Source: Tetramitus jugosus
Taxonomy: Eukaryota > Protista > Heterolobosea
Reading direction: 5' to 3'
NCBI GenBank assembly: GCA_937625935.1
Contig: OW569361.1
Location: 124,001-188,000, forward strand
Length of the DNA stretch: 64,000 nt
Positions within the stretch are counted from its first letter, which is position 1; the number at the start of each line of letters is the position of its first letter. Positions 34,722 to 45,682 of the stretch are shown in pieces. The notes beneath the pieces were generated by a model that was given only the letters and a program-made list of their open reading frames with translations, made no database searches and was not told where the DNA came from. A program made the translations under genes and the position numbers.

Positions 34722-36083
34722 CTATGAGTCATTTTGTCTAAATAACATGATTTGGGACCTAATTTGCTGAAACAAAGGCTCCTCCCATCCACAATCATTC
34801 CCCAACTTCTTAATTTGTAATAGTTTCTCCAAGAAAAATTTCTTTTCAAATAACAAAGCAGATCGAACCACTAACAATGCGTTCCTTCTGGCTTCAAATT
34901 CTTCATCAACTCGTATCATTTCTTCCAATTGATCATAATTTTCAGAAAGTTTGAAGCTGTCGGCAGGAACCACTGATTCGAGTTGATCTCTGCAGCTCAA
35001 AAGGTTTGTAGCTGCTGTGAAAGGACTTTGTGATCGGCTGTGTTCTCTACCTAGAACTTTATCAGCCTCTTTGGGAGTGTTCGGATGTGATCTCAAGTTA
35101 GGAGATGTATTGCGTTTGCTATCGAACGAATGGTCTAGGGATGAAGATCGAATGGCTACCTCTGGAATCATGGACATCGCGCTTGGATTTTCATTTCCTC
35201 TTTCTTCCATTGGTTTTTTTAATTCTACTTCCGTATCAGAATAACTATTTTCAAGATTAACCTCTTCGACATCAATCGATTGTTCATAAGAGTAAAAACT
35301 GTCGCTGCCAATAGATGAAGACTTAGAATTAGTGAACTTTTCACCAATCTTCTGATTTCTGTGTTCGAATTTTGAATTGTTCAGCATTGGTGAATTAGAA
35401 ATCTCCTTTCGTATCATGTGATGTTGGCGTGGAGTTAATGACGATAATGAAAAATTGACGACTGCCTCCTCGAGATCCTCATCGTCATTTTGGTCATACT
35501 CATCCACATCTGTGTCTTCTTCCATAGAATGAGTACTCTCTTCCGAATAGTTCTCATCTTCGCTTGATTTTTCAAACTCTTCTTCGTAATCCTCTTGCTC
35601 TTTCCTCTTTGCGAAAATCGATTCAATTAAATCTTGTTTGGATAGTATGTTTCTTGAAGATCGGCTTTCAGTGGGTTCTTGGTTTGGTGTTATTGAACCT
35701 TTCAAATGGTAAAATTCCTTGTGTATGGATTCTAACTTTTGCTTTTGCTCATCATCTCTCTCCTGACGTACGCTTGCTCTTCGTTGCTTTGTTTCTTGTC
35801 TTTTGGCCAGTAGTCTGTTAGAGCTTGAAAATGACTCCATAAGACTAGAATCTTGTTCATTTCTCTCTTTCTTTGGGTCTTGAATAACCCGTGAAGTTCT
35901 CTGTTTGAAGTGATCAGAGTCATAGGTGATTCTATCGAGGAAAGACTCACTTGTGGTGACGGTTGGAGTTGTTTGTTCCTTGTAAAAACTCTGTTCAACT
36001 CGTTTTCGTTCATTCTGAGCTCTGAGGGTTCGATAGTACAAGAGTCGTCGTTCTGTTGGATGGTTGTTCGTGATTGTGTTCAT
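34722..36083 (-). CDS. Coiled-coil/acidic protein with an EB1 C-terminal-like motif
   Basis: 453-aa ORF; EKKFFLEKLLQIKKL...EPLFQQI resembles EB1 ERDFYFGKLRNIEL...DPVLQRI. Confidence 0.6.
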   Translation of the reverse strand: MNTITNNHPTERRLLYYRTLRAQNERKRVEQSFYKEQTTPTVTTSESFLDRITYDSDHFKQRTSRVIQDPKKERNEQDSSLMESFSSSNRLLAKRQETKQRRASVRQERDDEQKQKLESIHKEFYHLKGSITPNQEPTESRSSRNILSKQDLIESIFAKRKEQEDYEEEFEKSSEDENYSEESTHSMEEDTDVDEYDQNDDEDLEEAVVNFSLSSLTPRQHHMIRKEISNSPMLNNSKFEHRNQKIGEKFTNSKSSSIGSDSFYSYEQSIDVEEVNLENSYSDTEVELKKPMEERGNENPSAMSMIPEVAIRSSSLDHSFDSKRNTSPNLRSHPNTPKEADKVLGREHSRSQSPFTAATNLLSCRDQLESVVPADSFKLSENYDQLEEMIRVDEEFEARRNALLVVRSALLFEKKFFLEKLLQIKKLGNDCGWEEPLFQQIRSQIMLFRQNDS

Positions 36084-37059
36084 TTTATCAGTAGTTACTC
36101 TGAAGTATCATCAAAAAAGTCCGATCTTACCACAAAGGATATCAGTTTTTGCAGCTATCTATGTTGAGACCTTTGTCTATGCTGCTCATAAAAAAGGATC
36201 ATCGGTTCGATCTGTTGGCCTTTACTGAGCTACTGTCAACCCTATCAGCGGTTTTTGCTTGGCACGAATCTGACATTCCATGAATCGATTGATCTTCGAT
36301 GGGAACTCACCAGAAACAAATGTGTCTCAAGGCTTTGGACCGCCTCTCTGGTGTTCGTTAGCTGTGTGGGGCACCGGGATTTCCACAGAGGCATATAGAT
36401 CACTCAGTCTCAAACTCAACGGAATTGGTGTTATTATACGTTTACAACAAAAAACTGTAACTAGTCCAAGTATGGAACATAATCTGCTAAATCTCTGTAA
36501 ACAAGAGCAAGATTTGAGCAGGAGGAGAACGTTGGCTGATGTGGACGGATCATCAAGGGAGAGAAAACAAGTAAAAAGACGACAAAGAAATAAATTAGTT
36601 GATTTCTGTAGTTGGTCGTGGCTGTTGATTATTGTGAAGCTGGTGATGCTTCATGGAGCATAGAATGGCCTATAGCCAGTCACAGCCCGGTTGTGTCTCA
36701 AAATTTGCGGCTGGTGGGGATTCTGTAGCTCTCCATGGTTGATGCCAACAAATCATGGTTATTCTAGAAGAGCTGCGATGAGCCATGTCTCAAAACCGCT
36801 GGTTTTTGACCTGAAAATTTCTGCAAGGGTGAATGCTTGCATTTCTTGTCTGGATCCGTCTTCAGAAATGGGAGCAAATGGAACACACAGGATGATGTTG
36901 TCATTGTTTGGTTTCAGTATTGTTCTTTGTTCGACCTAAAACCTGGGGCTTCCAGATATTATATTGACCTCTAACCCCCTCCCTCCCTGTTTTGAATGTG
37001 TATTTTTATGTAAAACCAGCCGTTACATCATTTCTCCTTTAAAAAAACAAAAAATTAAA

Positions 37060-38096
37060 ATGCAACGCAAAGCAGCGTTTCGTGAAGAAGAGGAGCGCAC
37101 CACACCAAACACAACACACAGAAAGTCAGAGTAACACCGCTCATCTCTTTGGATGTATGGAGCAATGTAGTATTGTTCTGCAACACACCAGAATGGATAC
37201 AACTGAGTTATACATGTAAAGACATAAATCAATACAAATTCAGCAAAAACCTAATGAAGAATAAGACTAAGACCATGATAGAAGATTTATCGCCAGATGA
37301 CATCACCAAGTACTTTGATATGTCAAAAGGAACACTTTTCAATGTGAATCTCAGACGTAATTGTCGTAACATCCGCGACTCTCACTTGTCCTTTTTGGAA
37401 GGAATTCATGTACTTAACATTCGTCAGTGTGTATTTTTAACAAGTGATGCTTTCAAATACCTGAAAGGAATCCACACCCTTAATATGATGCTCTGGAGGC
37501 AAGAGACGATTACCGACAAAGCATTTACTCATCTCAAGGGAATTCATACTCTTATAATGAGTGAATGCAATCAAAACACGATCACCGACAAAGCCTTTGC
37601 AAATCTGAAAGGAATTCACACTCTCGATATGGGCTATTGTCACCAAAAAACTATCACTGACAAAGCATTTGAATATTTAAAGGGAATTCATACTCTTATA
37701 ATGCATAGATGCAATCAAGACACGATCACTGACAAAGCCTTTGTAAATCTGAAAGGAATTCACACTCTCGATATGGGCTATTGTCACCAAAAAACTATCA
37801 CGGATAAGGCATTTGAACATTTAAAGGGAATTCATACTCTTATAATGCAGAGATGCAATCAAGACACCATCACTGACAAAGCATTTGCCAATCTGAAGGG
37901 AATTCATACTCTCAATATGGATGAATGTACTCAAGAAACAATCACTGATGCGGTGTTTGAACATTTACAAGGAATTGAATCGCTTAGTTTTGGCATAAGA
38001 AATAGAGAGTCGGGCAATGGAGAGTGGGACCTCACAGTTGCAGAGTGGACAGATGCGGACTATACATCGTATATTGAATCGTTCAATCTAGATTGA
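37060..38096 (+). pseudogene. F-box-like + 25-aa 'LKGIHTL' leucine-rich repeat gene, apparently frameshifted near the start
   Basis: ATG 37060 (MQRKAAFREEE) is 1 nt out of frame with PLISLDVWSNVVLF (F-box-like) and about 9 ITDKAFxxLKGIHTLxMxxC repeats. This could be a real lesion or a sequencing error. Confidence 0.7.
37450..37980 (+). repeat. Coding tandem repeat, 75-nt unit with a 150-nt higher-order period
   Basis: ~37600-37750 and ~37750-37900 are near-identical at DNA level. Confidence 0.9.
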
Positions 38097-38169
38097 GGGA
38101 AGAAAGTCCTACCAGAGTTTTCAACACACGACTTATGGTAGACCTCTCACAACGATACATACCAGGAGT

Positions 38170-38528
38170 GATTATCTCCTTCGATAGTCATTCATCAAGT
38201 GGTCAGGAATTGTGAGAGCCAGAAAAAGATTGAGCAAGCATATATACACATGTGGAATCATATCAAACGATTGGCTCCATAGATTGAGAAGGTCGATAAT
38301 TTGTTGGTTTCTGTTGATTTGGAGAAACCAATGCATAATGCCATGAAAAATGTCGTACCAAAAACGTTGATTGTGGGTTGTGAATTTCATCTAAAACTGG
38401 CTGTAAACGAAAAGCGAGAAGCAGATGCAGCAAGATTCCCTCATACATTATGGTCAAGGTGCTCCATGCTTTCGTATGACATCAAGATGACAAACAATTT
38501 AGCGGAGAGTATTCAGGAAGGATGCTGA
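38170..38528 (+). mobile_element. Mutator (MULE) transposase remnant
   Basis: VDLEKPMHNAMKNVVPKTLIVGCEFHLKLAV and W...MTNNLAES match the MULE D..E...GCxFH and TNNxxE motifs; has an internal deletion and upstream stops. Confidence 0.8.
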
Positions 38529-39528
38529 TGACAGAAAAATAAGAAGTGAAAATTATGTTTCAGTTAATGAGCAGTCCAGCAATTCTCTCATCAACCTATT
38601 GAGCACTATCAACCCTATACTCAATTCATTGCTAATCAGGACATTCAACAAAACTTTGTAGTGAATCGGAACGCTCCAATAGGGTTGAATTTGATAGTAC
38701 CTATGTTGCAAGGTACTCAAGGTACACCATCGAATACGCAAACTAGCCAGCGTAACAGCATTCAGTTTCATCAATTTTGACCAATAAATGAATGGAAGAA
38801 CGATGAACAATCCGTAAATTCTTCGCCAAAAGTTTTTTGTTTTTACAACAAATTTTACAAAACTGAAGGTAGAGCAGAAGGTTGTCGTTGAACAACCAAA
38901 GGAAAATCCTGTTGTTGTGCCTAAGCCGAAGACTACTTCTTCCCTGTTTGATGATGATGACGACGATGATTTCCTTGCAATCAAGTCGACAAAGAAGGAG
39001 GAAGGCAAGCCAGTTGTTTCACAACCCATCACACCTGTTACTCGCATTGCCTCATATAAAGAAATGCAAACCCTCTTCGATCTTATCATCATCATATATA
39101 TACACCAACTTTAAAAACTACTCTGGTACTTGTACGGTTTCACCTGTGTCATTCTCGTGCAGACAAATTCAAAGGTACCAACCGAAAAACTCAGATGTTC
39201 ATACTTCTCGTCAGTCGAACGTTTTGGTTGTGAAACACCACAACAGATCAATTCCCGTCTATTCTGATTAAGAAAGTGGAACTAATGAATGCGTTTGAAA
39301 TTCTACTCGTGCGCCAGATTTGTGACTCTGGAGCATCAAATGGTTTCCAGTAGTAAGTTTTGATTCCTTTTCAAACATCTCGTCGTTTCTATTCCAATGA
39401 TATCGCCTTGCTCAAACAATTTCAGACCTTAATCCTACACCCAAGTCATCCGATTGATAACCAATGCAGTCTCAGTAAGGAGAACAGAGGTCCTCTGATT
39501 AATCCTAGACTTCCAGACTCCTTTTGGC

Positions 39529-39733
39529 CAAGAAACAAAGCAACGAAGAGCAAGCGTACGTCAGGAGAGAGATGATGAGCAAAAACAAAAGTTAAAATCC
39601 ATACACAAGGAATTTTATCATTGGAAAGGTTCAACAACACCAAACCAAGACACACAAAGAGGAAAGAGCAAGGAATACGAAGAAGAGTTTCAAAAATCAA
39701 GCGAAGAAGAGAACTATTCGGAAGAGAGTATTC
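39529..39733 (+). repeat. Inverted, internally deleted partial copy of the 34722-36083 gene (source ~35531-35798)
   Basis: CAAGAAACAAAGCAACGAAGAGCAAGCGTACGTCAGGAGAGAGATGATGAGC...GAGAACTATTCGGAAGAGAGTA is shared, with scattered substitutions and a deletion of roughly 60 nt. Confidence 0.92.
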
Positions 39734-39735
39734 GA

Positions 39736-40322
39736 TAATAATAGCAATTTCTTTCTTCGCTTGCTCCAGAATTAGCCGATTTTCAGTGCTGAGCTGTACA
39801 ACAGGCACTGTTGGCAGTGGTGTTGCACTCCTTAGTTCTTCTGCCTCCATTAGATCAGGAGCAGTTCTTTGTGCAACTTCTTGTTCCGGTATTGGAACCG
39901 GTTTGTTGCCCTCTTGACCCTTTGTCTTTGCCAATTCCTTGGTGAGTTCTGTGATCTGTCGATACAACCACCGTCAGCAGCTCCTCGTACAACCTCTTGT
40001 TGACAGCCTTGAGAGGATCATGTGGTCTCTCGACCTATCGAGTGACCGTGGCCTTGACCTTGTTCTCTCCACTGAGCACTGCCACGCTTCTTGAGCACAC
40101 TTGCAACCTTCTCAGGTCCCATTAGCTTCTTGATGTCGTCCACTGACATGTCCTTCATGCCATGGACGACCACCTTTCTTGAGCAATCAACACTGCGCTT
40201 GGGTGCGGCAGCTGTTGCCAATCCTCCTCTCTTTGTTGAACAACTCAACAAAGTCATAGATGCGGTCACCCTTGACCGTCACCCATGCAACAAAGCTTTG
40301 CTGGCCTTTCCTAATTTGTATC
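39736..40322 (-). pseudogene. Degraded RRM-like/coiled-coil coding fragment (possible non-LTR retrotransposon ORF1 remnant)
   Basis: Frameshifted pieces QSFVAWVTV..DFVELFN, RKVVVHGMKDMSVDDIKKLMG and YRQITELTKELAK; more G/C-ending codons than the flanking DNA. Confidence 0.4.
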
Positions 40323-40372
40323 TGTTGCGGGAGCAAAAACTGCCAAAAATTGACAATTTTCACACAGGAAAA

Positions 40373-40444
40373 GGCCTAATAGCACAGCGGTAGTGCACCA
40401 GTCTTGTAAACTGGGGGTCCCGAGTTCGATTCTCGGTTGGGCCT
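40373..40444 (+). tRNA. tRNA-Thr(TGT)
   Basis: Full cloverleaf: GGCCTAA/TTGGGCC acceptor stem, CCAGT-CTTGTAA-ACTGG anticodon arm, TTCGATT T-loop; TTTT downstream. Confidence 0.96.
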
Positions 40445-40480
40445 ACCTTTTGCTTGCAAACAACTTTGACATGTCTCTTC

Positions 40481-41068
40481 TCATGATGCTTTTATTAACC
40501 AATACAATGCTACAAATACAAACACGACAAACATCATCATGATACACATGTGCCTCGATGAACTTGCTCTCGCCAACTTTCCAATCTTACTCAACGTAAA
40601 CTGTAGTGAGTTTTGTGTCTTTGAAATATCATCTGTAAAATCGTCCAACATGGAGTCCTGAGATCTCAATTCATCAAAAATGGTCATTGAAATCTGCTTT
40701 AGTGTCGCTACGCCCCCTCTCAACACATTGGACTGTTCATAAATTTGTTGTTCCATCGTGTCCTCTGATTTCTCACCAAGAAGAAGAAGACTACTATTAC
40801 CATGACCATGACCAGCACCATTACCAGAAGAGTTCCATGATCGACTCCGTGCGTGAGAAGGATTGGGTTGTGCATAACTCGTGTTATTGTCATTATAATT
40901 ATTGTTGTTGTTGTTGATTTCATTATCGTTGTTGTTGGAATAGGTCATCATGGATGATGTGGGTGAGTGTGAAGGAAGGTTGCCAAACAAGGAAGATCTC
41001 ATTGCCTTGTAGTTGGTTGTTGATGATGGTCTCTTTCCACCGCTATTATTGCTATTGTTTTGAATCAT
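40481..41068 (-). CDS. BET1: Bet1/Sft1-like Qc-SNARE
   Basis: LRGGVATLKQIS..I..E...QDSMLDD SNARE heptads and a C-terminal TM helix; likely ATG at 41068. Confidence 0.85.
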   Translation of the reverse strand: MIQNNSNNSGGKRPSSTTNYKAMRSSLFGNLPSHSPTSSMMTYSNNNDNEINNNNNNYNDNNTSYAQPNPSHARSRSWNSSGNGAGHGHGNSSLLLLGEKSEDTMEQQIYEQSNVLRGGVATLKQISMTIFDELRSQDSMLDDFTDDISKTQNSLQFTLSKIGKLARASSSRHMCIMMMFVVFVFVALYWLIKAS

Positions 41069-41603
41069 TGTTGTTGTTGTTGTTTGATTTTCTTTTCGGT
41101 GTTGTTTTTTTTTTTGCAGTTTCGCGGACGAACGGCTATTCCCAGTTACACAACAAAGGAACACGTGCTTCCAGGTGAGATATCAAAAATATTTTATTGG
41201 GATTGGCAAACTATTCAAAAAGGGTGAAGGCAGATGTTACTTTGCCCAGACTGACCTCTATTGAAGATCAGTATCCTCAATTTGTTGTATCATGTTGTGT
41301 GTGTATGTAGTAGTAGGTAGTATTTTTCAGTGTGTTGTCTTCGTACAGTTGGAGCGAAAGGTGTTTTCTGCACTTTGCTCGCAAACAGTGTGAGTGAGTT
41401 GGAGGTTCAAACTTCGACTTTTGGCCCAGAGCGACCAGAGCGAGGATATTTGCCTTTTTCTATCCGGTTGAGAGGAAAGACTCGATAGCTGCAAAGCAGC
41501 GACGCAATTGTTGCTCGCCGACAGCTTGTTGAATGCTTGTGCAAGTGTGTTAATTTTCCATCGTCTCGTTGCAGTAGGCGCGACCGAGAGAAAGGAAGGG
41601 TTT

Positions 41604-44211
41604 TTAGCTCGAGCATTGACTCTCTGCATCGAGAATCATTTGACTGATCAGACCCTTCACTTCCTTGTACCTCTTGTACTCAGCCTCCAGGGGTTGTCTG
41701 TCTGCCTTTGTTGTCACCTTTCTTCCGTGCTGTTTCTGGAATTCGTTTTGGAATTGATGCAATGTTCTCTGGATGTGCTTCTTTTCCTTTCGGAGCTCAA
41801 CAAATGTGTTGTCTTCTAGCAACATTCTCAGAGCTTCAGCATTGTTGGTTAATCCGACAGACTCTGGATTCTCAACAGATCCAGTCAAAGGTCTTGCATT
41901 CAGTGATGCAGACAGACGTGCAGGCATTGTGGCACAGAGACTCATTCTGTGTGAAGCGCGACTTCCACCAGAAACCTTGTTCATTGTTTCCTTCTTGAGT
42001 CCATAGAGAGGGCTATTTGGACTAATGTAGTTTTCATCGTTGATCGATAAAGAAATTGAAACTTCCTCATTACCACTGTTGATGGTAGCACTGCCATTGT
42101 TGTTGTTGTTAAAGGATGAAGTGGAGTGTCTTGTGATGCTTGATGATGACAGAGCTGCACTCTTCTCTTGAGATTGTCTGTTGGAGATGGCCACTCGAAC
42201 TTCCTTGTACCGATTGTACAGCTTTCTCAAAGGCTCCTTTCGGGCCTTATCAGGCTCAACACCATTCTGGTTCTTGTAGGCGTCATCAAAGAATCGAAGT
42301 TCCTTCTTGAGAATGGTCTTCTCTTCAGATAATTCTTCGATTGTCATCTCACTAGTGTTCTTGCCAGGTTGCAAGAAGACACTCTTCATCCGAAGATTGA
42401 CTCTAGCGTTAATTGACTCAAATGGCTGATTGACATCGAGTTCAATAGCAGCCAACTTTCTTGGCAAATCAGGATCGACCAATGCAGGAGATGTGAGCAT
42501 TTCTCTCTCTTCAGTCATTCGTTCACGCTCATTCAATTCATCGAATCGTGTCATATTGCTCTCCAAGTCCCTCTTGATGTCCTTTCTTGTAATGCCCATC
42601 TCGAGCTCCTCACGTTCCGTATCTTCTGCAATCTTGTCCAACAAGAATCGAAGATGACTCCGCTCTTCCTTCAAATGCTCCATGTTGCTCATGGAAACAC
42701 CGCGTTGCTTCTTGATAACGGAATCTTCGTCCAATTCTTCCAAATTGCCATGCAATTGAACGTTTCTATTGTCTCTGTTTCTGGCTCTGCGATCACTTGT
42801 TTCTCTGCTTGTGCTGCTGCCGTTCATGCTGCTCAAGTAAGAGTCGATGCCCATGCTGGCACTTGTTCCCATGAGATCAGATGCATCTTCATTGGCAGCG
42901 TCACTCATGCGTTGTGGATTGACTGGCACTCGTTCATTCTCTGGTATGATGGAAGAGAAAACAATGTCATAGTCCTTGATAAAAGTTTCTACGCAACCGC
43001 GCAAAAAGGCAACATCGGACAAGAGTCGCACAGGAGATTCATCCCGTGATCGGAACAGTGTAGGTCCAAACACAATGGCCAAATTGCTGACACCCATCTT
43101 GTTCTCTTCATTGTGTTGAGCTACGTTGACCAAGTGCTGAACAACAAAATATAGTACATATTGATTGTTTTTTGGTAGCTCATCAACCAGTAGCTTCATT
43201 GCCCTGGGTCTCATGGCTCTATTTTTTAACACTGTATATTGAAGAAAAAGTTGGAGTGAGCATGTTTATGTTTCAGAAAACATCATCAATAAAAATTGAA
43301 CAAAAGTATTGTCATCATCAACAACAACAAAAAAAATACAAAAAAAAATATTTTGTGTAAACATACTCTGTGCAGAAATAAACTTATCATACAAATCATA
43401 GGATGTAATAGGATCAGGAAGCAGTGTAAAATAACGCTTCAAAAGACCAGCAATGACATATGGATCATAATCATCCAAATTGGGATCTTTTCCTGCGTCA
43501 TAAAGCTTCATGAGATCCTCTACTGTTTTTTGATTACCAGAACGACGATAAACACCTTCTTGTTTGATCGCTTTTCTTTCCAAATAGTCAGCACACCGTG
43601 TGAGGACCAATGGCAATCCATTATTTATAGTTGATTTTTTGATGGCTTCGTCCAGTGGCACACCAAATATCTTTCGATTTTTTCCTAGAACCATGAGATG
43701 ATGGAAAAAGTGTTTTGTTGATAGTTTGGCAATGGTGGTGGTGGTGATTTGTGGGGAAACGTTGTCGTCGTTTGATTGTTGTTATTGGTAGTGATGATGA
43801 TTTTTGAATTGTGTGATTCGTATGATTATGAATTTGGATATTTCGTTTTTTCACAATCGTTTGTTCGTCATTTGCAAAATCGTAGGATTGAGTGTTGAGT
43901 GAGTGATGGTGATTATTTGATGATGATGATAATGATGATGAGTGGTGCAATAAAAGAACAATGACGGCGGCAAAAAAGAATGCAGACGACGACGAATCCA
44001 CATGAAAAAGGCAAAAAAAAACGTCAAATTTACAAAAAATGTCGATGTCAGAAAAAAATCTCAATGCTTGTTGTAGGGTTACAAAAACAACAAGAATAAA
44101 AATGGTACTGGTAGTAGAGGAACACTTACGGTTAAATAGTCGAAGCCCTGATGCTTTCTTAGAACCAGTATTCAGTGGTGCTGGTGTTGTTGGTGCCGTT
44201 GTCGTGCTCAT
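41604..44211 (-). CDS. FAM13-like RhoGAP; exons 44211-44130, 43684-43367, 43231-41604
   Basis: IFGVPL, EGVYRRSG (Arg finger), LLKRYF..LPDP, NKM..SNLAIVFGPTL and two FAM13-type EK..L...F...HGR...Y.RYK repeats. Both GT-AG introns restore the frame. Confidence 0.88.
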
Positions 44212-44828
44212 TTTTTTTCAATTGTGATTGTTTTTTGTTGTGTTTTGTTGTTTGTTTGTTATTGTATATTGTGTGATTGGTTTTCAAGGGTTTGCCCTCT
44301 CTCCAAAAAAAAGGTATAGAGCTCTTTTCTGAGATGACTTTTGTGTTGATTGCTGTTGTTGTTGTTGTTGTTGTTGTTGAGAAAAAAAGAGTTGCTCTCT
44401 CAGGACAATTTTTTTTCTAGGAGTGTGTTTGTTTGTTTGGAAGAAGAATGTGTGCCACAAAGGAGAGATTTTGTTTGGTGTTGTGTGATGTGGGTGTGGC
44501 GGTGATGATTCTCTCTTTTGCTTGATTTTTTTCTTGGGTGCAAAGGGCTGGATGAAACACAAGAGTAATAACCGATTTTTTTTCAGAGCTCCGTTTCAAT
44601 GACACCCAACAAGGAACACCGAGAGAGACCGGTGATGGCGATGTGTTGTTCCACCACAGAAAACCCAAAACAAAATTGACGTCTGACGCGAATCGCAAAA
44701 AATTTACAACACCCCTCGAGCGGCTCATTCTTCATCGGGATTTACTAAATGGCCGCCAAGCTCTGCGCCTAAAGAAAGCAAATCAAAAAACACAAACAAG
44801 ACAAACATTGCTAGCTCAAGAAGGAGAA

Positions 44829-45524
44829 ATGTCCGCAACAGTGCAAACCAACACGTCAAGTCAACAAGGACGAAACATGAAATACCTCAAATACATATCC
44901 CCTCAGATGAAACAAATTGTTTTTCATGATGCATTCTTTCAGCATTTTCAACAACCGAGAATGTTATCCGACACTCTCAATATTCAAATGCTGTACATTG
45001 ATGATAATTACGTCGTTATGGCACTACCAATCAATGGAAATGTTCATCAGCCTGCAGGTCTCTTGCACGGCGGAGTAAGTGTCGCACTTTCGGAAGAAGT
45101 TTGCTCGTTTGGTTCCTGTCTGTTTTATCGCGCCAAATTCGGAATTTCTGTTCCTGTGGTCGGAGTGGAGATTAATGCGAATCATTTGGTGTCGTCTCGA
45201 GGAGGATTTTTGTTGGCTGTGGGTCAACCGATTCACACGGGGAGAAAGCTCTGTGTGTGGCAATGCGATCTATACAACGTTTCTCAGAAAGCTCAGAGCT
45301 TTGATGAGATTCCTCTAAGTTTGATTAAACAGTTGATACATAAGTCTTCGTCGTCGTTGTCATCTGACGACGTCACCAAGGTTGGAGAGAACAGCAGTGA
45401 CAAGCAAACGACGTCTGTTGTTGAGCGATTCGAAGATGCTACAAAGGTTTCCACAAGCAGATGCACAACAGCAGCAGTGAATGTAACCAAGAACAAGAAA
45501 CCAACGCTGACATCGAAATTATAA
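44829..45524 (+). CDS. Hotdog-fold acyl-CoA thioesterase (PaaI/MenI/DHNAT-like) with PTS1
   Basis: HQPAGLLHGGVSVALSE, VVGVEINANHL, PIHTGR...VWQ; C-terminal SKL. Confidence 0.9.
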   Translation: MSATVQTNTSSQQGRNMKYLKYISPQMKQIVFHDAFFQHFQQPRMLSDTLNIQMLYIDDNYVVMALPINGNVHQPAGLLHGGVSVALSEEVCSFGSCLFYRAKFGISVPVVGVEINANHLVSSRGGFLLAVGQPIHTGRKLCVWQCDLYNVSQKAQSFDEIPLSLIKQLIHKSSSSLSSDDVTKVGENSSDKQTTSVVERFEDATKVSTSRCTTAAVNVTKNKKPTLTSKL

Positions 45525-45610
45525 GCCAACACAATAAACAAGAATGCGAAGAAGCCCAAATGCAAGAAAATTATTGTAGCGAAGCACCGCCCATCGCAAA
45601 AGCTAAAACA

Positions 45611-45682
45611 GGGGACAACGGAGAATCGAACTCCGGGCCTCTCGCACCCAAAGCGAGAATCATACCACTAGACCATTGTCCC
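45611..45682 (-). tRNA. tRNA-Pro(TGG)
   Basis: Reverse complement GGGACAATGGTCTAGTGGTATGATTCTCGCTTTGGGTGCGAG...TTCGATT...TTGTCCCC folds as a cloverleaf. Confidence 0.96.

Noticed and set aside
36217-36228. GCCTTTTACT, identical to the U5 snRNA loop 1 sequence
   Set aside because: The flanks do not form the required stem, so there is no support for a U5 fold.
36935-36955. AAAACCTGGGGCTT resembling RNase MRP/P CR-V
   Set aside because: No matching upstream GAAAGTCCCC-type CR-I partner was found.
37450-37980. Regularly spaced repeats superficially like a CRISPR array
   Set aside because: They are in-frame 75-nt coding LRR units in a eukaryotic context, with no unique spacers or cas genes.
43621-44211. 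196-aa ORF upstream of the RhoGAP
   Set aside because: Only its first 27 codons are exon 1; the rest is read-through into a 445-nt intron.
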